DNA of 64,000 nucleotides from Orbicella franksi (Eukaryota): NCBI GenBank assembly GCA_964199315.1, contig OZ116698.1, positions 9,734,001 to 9,798,000 of the forward strand, read 5' to 3'. Shown piece by piece: positions 56,374 to 64,000 of this stretch (position 1 is its first letter; each line of letters starts with the position of its first letter). The notes under the pieces were generated by a model. It saw only the letters and a program-made list of their open reading frames with translations, ran no database searches and was not told where the DNA came from. The position numbers and the translations under genes were made by a program.

Positions 56374-58167
56374 TTAATATCCATTTTGAAATTCAAGCAG
56401 CCCGTTTTCAACTAGATGCAGGAAATTTTTGGTCTTTTCAAAAGCTCGCTTGTTTTCTTGTGATTTTTCGTCGATAGCATCTTTCGCAAATTTCACTTGG
56501 TCATTCTCGTATTTTTCTTGCTTCACCAAACTTCTAGCCACGGCATCTTCATCTGCGCTATGTCCAGCTGGGATGTCATCTTTTGGTTTTAGTGATTTGT
56601 CCTGTTTCTTGCTTTTCGCTTGGTCATTTTCCGTAGAGTCCTTCTTTGTTTTTTCATCATCTTTGGCTTTCTCGTCACCCACGGGATTCTCGGCAATCAG
56701 ATCTCGTATCTTGCTAATCATGTCGTGCGATTTGGTCTCCTCGAGGTCTTTTCTGAGCTGTCCCAAGTCATTAGTAACGTCTGCAAGAATACAATAAATA
56801 AATTGAATGAAACATCTAGGAAGTATAGGTAATGGTATGAATGCGAGTTCAATTAAGGATTAACACTATGTGTGATATTTGAAAATTCTCTCAAAATTGT
56901 GCACGAGCCTTTAGGCGATTACTTATTTATTCCATGACCGAGAACATTGCGAAAGCGCGCGCGTTAATTTGCACTGCAGATAAAAGATTAATTGGCCCGC
57001 TCTCAGCCAATCACAATGAAGCAATTTTCTCAGTCATCTAATATAAGGGAAAAAATGGCTATCATAGATCAGCTTAAGAACGAGGGAAACCCTACAATTG
57101 CATAAACATATTCATTGTTAGTAAACGTGTAGGCAGCTTGGTCACAATTGTGAAGCGCAAAATCCAACGCCTCTTCAGGGTTTCGTTGCTTCGAAGCAGT
57201 ACTCAAGTCTGAGGCGAAAACGTTCGGCCTTCTAGCTTTACGATACTCTACCTGCCATTTCGCCCAATCTTGAGGAAGCCTTCTTGATAGCATCTTGCAA
57301 AATTTCCATTGTTTCTCTCAGTGCTTTTCGCGCCTTTGCACTAATGTCTTCTGCTTTTTTCTCCGCCTTCTCCAGTTTTCCCTCAAGTTTTTCTTGCTGG
57401 ATGCCCAGCGCTTGGCGAACCTGTTTCAAGCTGAATCCAACCTGATTCAAAGCTCGCAGACCCTGTTTAGCTTTTGCCATCATGTCGAAGGGTCTCACAA
57501 CGCCGTAACAGCAATAAGATTTCTTCTGGCCATTAATAGCTGCAAGAAGAAAATTTAAAAGATACTCTGAGAATCAATGAGGTGACACTTGATTCCAGCG
57601 TATATTTTTCTTCTTCTCTTAATCGCCATTGGTATCGACCTTTAGATCTTAGAGTTGTGAGTAACCACCGAAACGTTTTCATAGTTTTCTTTGTTAAATT
57701 GAATTATGTTAATCTTGCTAAAGCAAATGAAATTGTAAAGTAAATAAAAATTATAGTTTTAACACAGGGGCGAAATACTTTCTTTTCAATAGCTATTCTT
57801 TTAGAAGCCTGTGGCTCTCTCTTTGCTGGAAGCCTTCGTTTGACCTGTTAAAACCGGTACCTTATTTCCAATCTGTCAGTCTAACTAACAAACAACACTG
57901 ACTATCAGTGTTTTGAATTATCAGGCAGTATTTTAAAACACACAGGAGTTTTCTATTAGCCGGGATATAGCGAAACATTGACATCAGGAAAACTATTTGA
58001 CAGTCAAAACTCGTGTTGAAGTGTATGAGCCGTTAGTCTGTTCTATATAACCAGTTTGACAAGATGTTATAAATGAATTAATTCAACCTACTTCTTACTC
58101 GGATGATCGGTGAACTCGATGCCAAAACGCATGATACAAGAACTATAACCACGTGCAACACCTTCAT
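56374..58167 (-). CDS. Uncharacterised secreted coiled-coil protein A, 256 aa, 3 coding exons
   Basis: Exons 58167-58092 (signal peptide MKVLHVVIVLVSCVLASS), 57539-57252 and 56780-56374, phase 1/1, total 771 nt. An acceptor just before the ATG implies a 5' UTR exon. The exon 1 donor (A|GTAGGT) was chosen for frame compatibility. Confidence 0.75.
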
Positions 58168-59261
58168 CTCTAAAGAACCATGAATCAAGGGATCAAATTA
58201 GGTGATAATTATCAGATATCAAAAACACAACACTGGGGTGAAACACAATATCTGCAATTAGACGCGCCCATGACACAATCTCGAAGAAAAATAACAAGAT
58301 GTGATTGGCTCGTTGTACAGGTTATCCCATAGTATGAGAGTTCGCACCAGTTGTTTCCCTTTTTTTGTTTACACTTTCTCAGGTCGATTCCATTGTGAAG
58401 AAAAAGTTTACTCAATTAAATGGTGTGAAACTCGCAAACTCGCCTCCAAAACATCGTTTTATTTGCTTCGTGCGATTGATATGCAACTAATAATACTATA
58501 TACTGGCACAACAACAACAACTCATCGAGGCATGATGTTCACTGCTCGAAAAGATCAGTGTTAGCAAAGAAATTTCGTTATCGTTTTAAAATTCTTTCCT
58601 GAAAGTTTATTTTGCTGTTACGACAGTGCTTTGTCATTTCTTGTTTCGGTTTTGGTTTCTATATCTAAACAAAGCATTTTGCTTTGTTCCGTTATACGAC
58701 CTTTATAGGACTTCTTTTCGTCTGCTTTGATGAGGAATAAGTAGCAAGCAGATTAGAATTTCAAAAAGATTTTAAATTCCACAAAATACTGAACTGTAAA
58801 TAGTGTGGAGCAATCGTTCTAATAGTGATATGGTTTTATTAGTTTCACGCCCAGTTAAATCGCCCTTCCTTTGTTGTGATTTGGAAATTAAACTAATACA
58901 AATCCCTCTTTTCATAACCTTGAAATTTGGTCTATTTTTTAATTTTGTTCTATTTTGTTCGCGACAAACGACTGAGAGGTTTTTACCCTTTATTGCGCCC
59001 TGCATTAATTTTGTTTTACATCAAATCTATCATAGGTCTTTATATGGTTAGCGATCCATAACCCTTCAAAAATCGAAAACGAAGTGTTTTGATAGTGTTA
59101 GTTACAAAACACTTCATCCAGGCAGCCTATGCTGTATAAATATCTTGGAGTCACTAGTTGCTTCTCTGCTCTTTCGCTCGCCTTTTAGTGTCTTTTCTAT
59201 TTACACTCATATCAGGTGAATCATGGTTCATAATACCTAGGTTCATATCAATACCCATAGA

Positions 59262-59404
59262 TACTCTGCGTGGCCGGCGTTCAAAGGGAAGGGAAAGGAG
59301 GAAACTAGAAGCGGGAAGCGCGATCGTCCCTTTCCCGCCACCGCACTTCGGGCTTCTGGTTTCCCCGTCTCCCCCCTCCCTTTGAACGCTTGCCAAGCAG
59401 GCTA
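59262..59404. mobile_element. MITE with TA termini (TAGCCTGCGTGGC-like)
   Basis: CTGCGTGGCCGGCGTTCAAAGGGA ... TCCCTTTGAACGCTTGCCAAGCAGGCTA. Confidence 0.65.
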
Positions 59405-60469
59405 ATCCATAGATAGATCAGGCAACCGAGCCTGATTCGCCGCCGAAGCGTACTCACCAAAGGGACCGACGATTGGGAAGTTACCGTTCTCGAATTCGGC
59501 AGAAAAATTGTTTAATTCAATTACTGTTTACATTGCATGCTAGTTCCTTTCAATCGGGACGAATAAAAAAAAAATCTGTGAGGTAACTTTTCTCGGATCG
59601 TTATCCGCGATCTTCAATCCCCGAAGTGCGGGGATTTAGGGGGAGGGGAGTAGAGAGCAGGGGCCGGGCGAAGGACATTCTACGCCCACCCCGCGCAAGT
59701 CTGCGCTGTCCTCGCGTTTGGTTCTCTTCGCTTATGTCGATTTATTTTGAGAAAATACAGAGTTCGTGAGAAATGTAGACAGTCGAAACACGTATCGAAT
59801 TGTTCAACTGGTTGGAAAATCTGAATAATAAAATAGTTCTTCGTAAACAGGCATCTTCTCCATAAGAGGTTTGTGTTAACATATTTGCATGATATAAATA
59901 TTAGAATACCCTGACCTCGTTTGAGAGACGCGCTGAAACTAGAAAGGCGCCGATTCTTTTTGTTATTAGAAAAAAAATCCAGTATCTCTGAGATTAAATA
60001 TACTCTCCGTGGTACTAAATTCTATTTTATACGTAAGCTACATCCCCAAAAGAAGTGAGATAGGCCCGTTTCTACGGCTTATAAAAGACTGAAATTAGAT
60101 TGAATAAAAAAATGTTTTCTGCAAGCTGGAGTTTAATTTTGTCAGCTCTTCATTTTTCTTTCAAAATGTTCTTCTAATTCTTTATTCGCTTGTTGTTGCT
60201 TAAATGTCCGTGTAATTCTTCAGTGCTAATGTCGTTCTGTTTTTCAAGAAAATCTTGGAGACACTCATTGACAGGTACCTGCATTTACTAGTCAAACAGC
60301 TCTCTGCATTTACATACTGCAGCGGCCGCTCCACTATACGGTATTAATTTGTTAGCTCCCTGAATAATTTATTGAGTACCAGCTAAGAAATCTAAAGCCA
60401 CTTTTGCGCGTCCTGAAGCTTAAAACTGCGAAGTTCCCGCAGTTAGGTTTAGAGTTTCTCCATCGGAAT

Positions 60470-63126
60470 ATGAAAGGTTTTACAATCACACTGCTAATCG
60501 TGGCGACTTTCTCTTTGTCAGCATGTCTTCCTGCGAGAAATCCAGCTGAGAAACTGCTGACGCGAGGTAAGAAACGATTTCTCATATATTCTGCATTTTT
60601 GAGCAATGTGCATTATATATATTTTTAAATTCAATTTGGGTTAAGGCAGGGAACAGTAATTCTGTTAACGTACGATAATACGTAGGTCTTATTTGTAACT
60701 AAGCGCCCAAAATTGTGTCGTAATGTATATACTTTGAATTTCTGAACACATTTGCATCATCGATATAAGGAAGATTTGGTTTGCTCATCTCAACTGCTTT
60801 CAAATGAAATATGCATATTTGAAAATATAGCTATTGATTCCTGTTTTTGAACAGTTGAGTTACGAAAATTGATCACGCCTGCACTCTGAAAGATCTGACG
60901 CTTTTTTTCTAGCTTATTTTATGAAGCTTAAAGCTATGTTTAAAATCTGTGGAACATCGCATCAATGAGTGTGTAACCACTTTGGGTGCGTCTATCATTG
61001 ATTGCATATGCATATTTAGCATACAAAATAACTATGAAGCGTTGCATTTACAAGAAAACACACTCTTGCCCACCAGGCTACTCATGGATCTGGATGAAAT
61101 TCTGCGGATTGTTTTTAAGCCGTAGAAAATTTTGGAATGGGTCGGACGAAAGACGTTGTTATCATTCTAGGATAGAGCCGAATCTGATATAGCTCCATCG
61201 ATGCTTCTTAGTTATATGCGCGAGCAGTGGTTTCCCTTTTCATATCAACTAGTTTATTACCCAAAAGACTAAAAGCATGAGCTCTGCGTGGAAAGTAGTA
61301 CTACTTTCCTATCACATCAAAGACTACCTGCATAGGACATACTATGGAAACTTTTATTGAGGGATTTATTTGTGATTTGGCTACTTGCAAACTCCACTTC
61401 TATAAGATAACGACTAGAGTGTGAGGACGAGTCTCTCTCCCGATCCCTATTACTACACTCGGACAAGCCTCTGCTCCATTTGTATGCTCATTAATGTTGC
61501 CTGTCAGCGAAAAGTTCGCCCGAGTCAGCATGGCCTCACTTTTTTAAAGAGCTTTTAAAGAACTGATTATGTAAATTAGTTATTCAATGCTTTAATAGTG
61601 AACAATCTGGCTTTAATTTGAACTCGATGCCATTCAATTAATTAACTTTGTACGTACTGTAACACAGAACATTAGTACATCAAAACAGCCTTATTCTAAC
61701 AGCTCGCTCAGTGTTAAAGAGAATCGGACATAATTTCATCTTTCAGCAAATTGCGCCTTGAAAATATGTGTTAAAGATTACTTTAAAAAATATATTTTGC
61801 ACATGTGCTTGTTCACATGTTAAAGTTTCTTGTAAATACGTCGCTGCATGCCATGACGTGAGATTTTAGTAAAAAAAAACAAAAAAAAAAAACATGAATC
61901 TATGCGATGCTTATCATTTCTATTACCTTGCAGTGAAGAGGGAGGATGAGGCTGCAAAGAATGATTCAAAAGCAGAGGAAGAAAGACCGGCTCCTGGTCT
62001 CGGTGGTACAAACGTACGATTTCCCAGTAAGTTATGATAAGTTGTAGAACAGTGTTAAAATGAGTGTTGTAAATCCAAAACCAAAGTTATCACTGGCCAA
62101 TTACAAAGGACAAAACTCGAAGTAAATACATGTAGCTGACGTGAAGAGCGGGAAAACGTGCACGAGCGAGACATGATTGGTTTTTGTTTTACTTCTGATT
62201 GGATGAAAAAGTGGCGCGATTTTTTAAGCCAATCGCGTAGCGTATGGTAATGCAGAACCAAGTAATTTTCAGAACTAAATTGACTCTTATCGATATTCAG
62301 AGCGGGTTTTAATTAAATGTAGTAGAATTAAGACCAAAGCGATCACAGTCACCACTTAATTATAGCAAACACAGCAACGCAATGACCCAATGAGAGCTCG
62401 AAATAGCTGATACATGCAACCGGCGCGTAAAACAGGAAACGTGTGCCAATGTCGCTATTGGCTTTGGTTTTACATTTAATTGGTCGAGTAGAGTTTGCGC
62501 GGATTTTCAAACCAGTTATATAGCGTGGGTGAGAAAGCGAGTAGTTTCGGGTTACTTTCAGGAAATCTATTGAAACGCACCCCAAAGACGTCATTTTGAA
62601 ATATTATCGCGTCTTACGTATCCTGGAATCAACAGTTTCTACCACGTTTTTGACCGGGGAAAGCTGTGTGAGTTATTTTAAGCGTTGTAACTTGCTTGGC
62701 AATGACTTGCATGATCAGTCAATCAAAACGTCCACTTAAGTTTTGCACATGACTGACATCACTGCGCTAGCCAGGCGTCCTCCACAATCTTTGTGAAAAA
62801 CTTGCACAAAACACTGCGATTGAGTTGGGAGTTTTCTAGCTTGGCCACAATGCATCGCTTTTAGCCGCTGCCACAAGTTGGCCGAAGAATAGCCTGTATC
62901 ACTTTGAGGTCCCCTGGTTTGAATTTTCACTTTGTGTTGTGTTTAGTTTGCATCTATCAATTGGGCATGTCCAATCGATTCAGCATCTGGGATAATCAAA
63001 TCACGGCCTCTTCTGCTCATAGCAGTCTCCACCTGAAGCCACACATGGGTCGGCTGAATAACCCTTACGGGTCCTGGTGCATAAAGAGAAGACATCGGGG
63101 ACCACATTACCTGCAGATTGATCTTG
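60470..63126 (+). CDS. Secreted F5/8 type C (discoidin) domain protein, first three exons (3'-partial)
   Basis: Exons 60470-60566 (signal peptide MKGFTITLLIVATFSLSA), 61934-62026 and 62947-63126, all phase 1. Exon 3 encodes CIYQLGMSNRFSIWDNQITASS...GRLNNPYGSWC....YLQIDLG, the first half of an FA58C domain. No downstream exon was found in the window. Confidence 0.85.
62044..62580. repeat. Two adjacent degenerate MITE-like copies related to the 18.2-kb family, discoidin gene intron 2
   Basis: Both start TAGAACAGTGTT/AGAGCGGGTTTTAATT and share an ACCAAAG..ATCAC..CCAAT..ATACATG..GATTGG layout. Confidence 0.45.
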
Positions 63127-63242
63127 GTATGTAACAGGATATTATGCACTAGTCACTCATGTTACTCTCAAGGTCCATTTTAGGTCCTATTTATGTGCCC
63201 TAGAAAAAGACATTACAGAGAACGTAAAACTATCAAACTGGC

Positions 63243-64000
63243 TTAAGGTATCAGTAAGGGGAAAATTTGCAGTTTTGCATAATTTTACTTTTTTAAGCGG
63301 TTGGATAAATCTTAAAGTAATCTTTTAGATAAAAAAAACTCCACGAAAAAATCTTATTTCTGCCGCTAGTTATTGCGCGAGAAAGATTGTTTTGCATATT
63401 AATTACTTAATTGAGAGTTGACAAGTTCTGTCAAATGAATTAATTATCAAGGCAAGAAGTCACATGACATCAAGATCATGCTGAGTTGACACGCGATTCG
63501 CGCGCCATAATCAGTGCCGGATGTCTTCGAAGAAGACAGAGCGATCTTGCCCGTTTTCATCGGCTAAAGGAAGGCCAAAGAAGGCAAAAAACACTTTCAA
63601 CAAAGAGTGGGCCGCTAAATTAGCGGAAAGCGGCAAAGGGTTCGTTTTACAATCAAGAAAAATTGCTGGATGAACGCGACAACGATCGCGATCACGAAGC
63701 CAGCGAGCAAGCCGAAATGAGCGCAAGCCGCGCTAAAATACTGTTGCGAGAAACTGTCGAAGCAGAGGAGATTGACGAAGAGAAGTGGACGAAATTGACA
63801 GGCAGATCGATTGTACAAAATTAGAATCAGCAGTGCAACATTTTTTTTTTCTTACCCAGCTATTGTCATTTCTTCCAGTATCTTTGCCTTTGCATCAACA
63901 TCAGTCGATGTAGTCCCGTTTACGGCGTCCTCTCCAGCGTTTCCCTTTGTGCGCTTGCATTTTCTCGGGAACCTTCTACGGGCCTTCGGCATGTTAACAG
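63243..64000. mobile_element. Possible degenerate DNA transposon (Kolobok-like), 3'-partial
   Basis: A TTAA|GG candidate left end is followed by a frameshifted plus-strand reading MSSKK..KGRPKKAKN../..SASRAKILLRE..GRSIV/KLESAVQHF (63521-63850). It converges on a minus-strand exon MPKARRRFPRKCKRTKGN..AKAKILEE (63992-63856, donor GTAAG). Confidence 0.35.

Noticed and set aside
57069-57293. Alternative-frame ORF continuing gene A exon 2
   Set aside because: The phase-1 donor at 57252/57251 joins exon 3 in frame at the same position as the paralog's intron, so the ORF is intronic.
46363-57539. Genes A and B as one long gene with a frameshift near 56385
   Set aside because: A separate signal-peptide exon with a perfect phase-1 donor at 52334-52244 serves gene B. 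Gene A's C-terminus aligns with gene B's C-terminus, so the TAA at 56374 is a natural end.
63860-64000. Plus-strand exon 4 of the discoidin gene after the poly-T/CAG acceptor
   Set aside because: The frame is open, but the peptide lacks the expected second half of FA58C (VATQG etc.). The minus-strand reading looks more protein-like.

Overview
Eukaryotic, intron-rich genomic DNA. The repeat landscape resembles a stony coral (Acropora-like); this is my inference, not a database result. Gene order reconstructed by hand from splice sites: 3' end of CEP350 (+); a 4-exon C11orf98/Alb1-like gene (-) that the ORF track misses; NIT1 (+, 6 exons, one U12-type intron); an apparently complete ~37-exon VPS13B (-); CDC7 kinase (+, 9 exons); two tandem, highly diverged paralogous genes for secreted coiled-coil proteins that I cannot assign to any family (-, 3 coding exons each); and the 5' part of a secreted F5/8 type C (discoidin) protein (+). 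Two head-to-head gene pairs share short promoters. Introns and spacers carry many MITEs, two tRNA-derived SINE families, and a Penelope-type inverted repeat with minimal hammerhead ribozyme motifs. Lower-confidence items are a U1-snRNA-like sequence, a Twinkle-like gene relic and a possible Kolobok-like transposon remnant. The best candidate for an undescribed system is the secreted coiled-coil paralog pair. Exon boundaries and alignments are manual, and family calls rest on remembered reference sequences.
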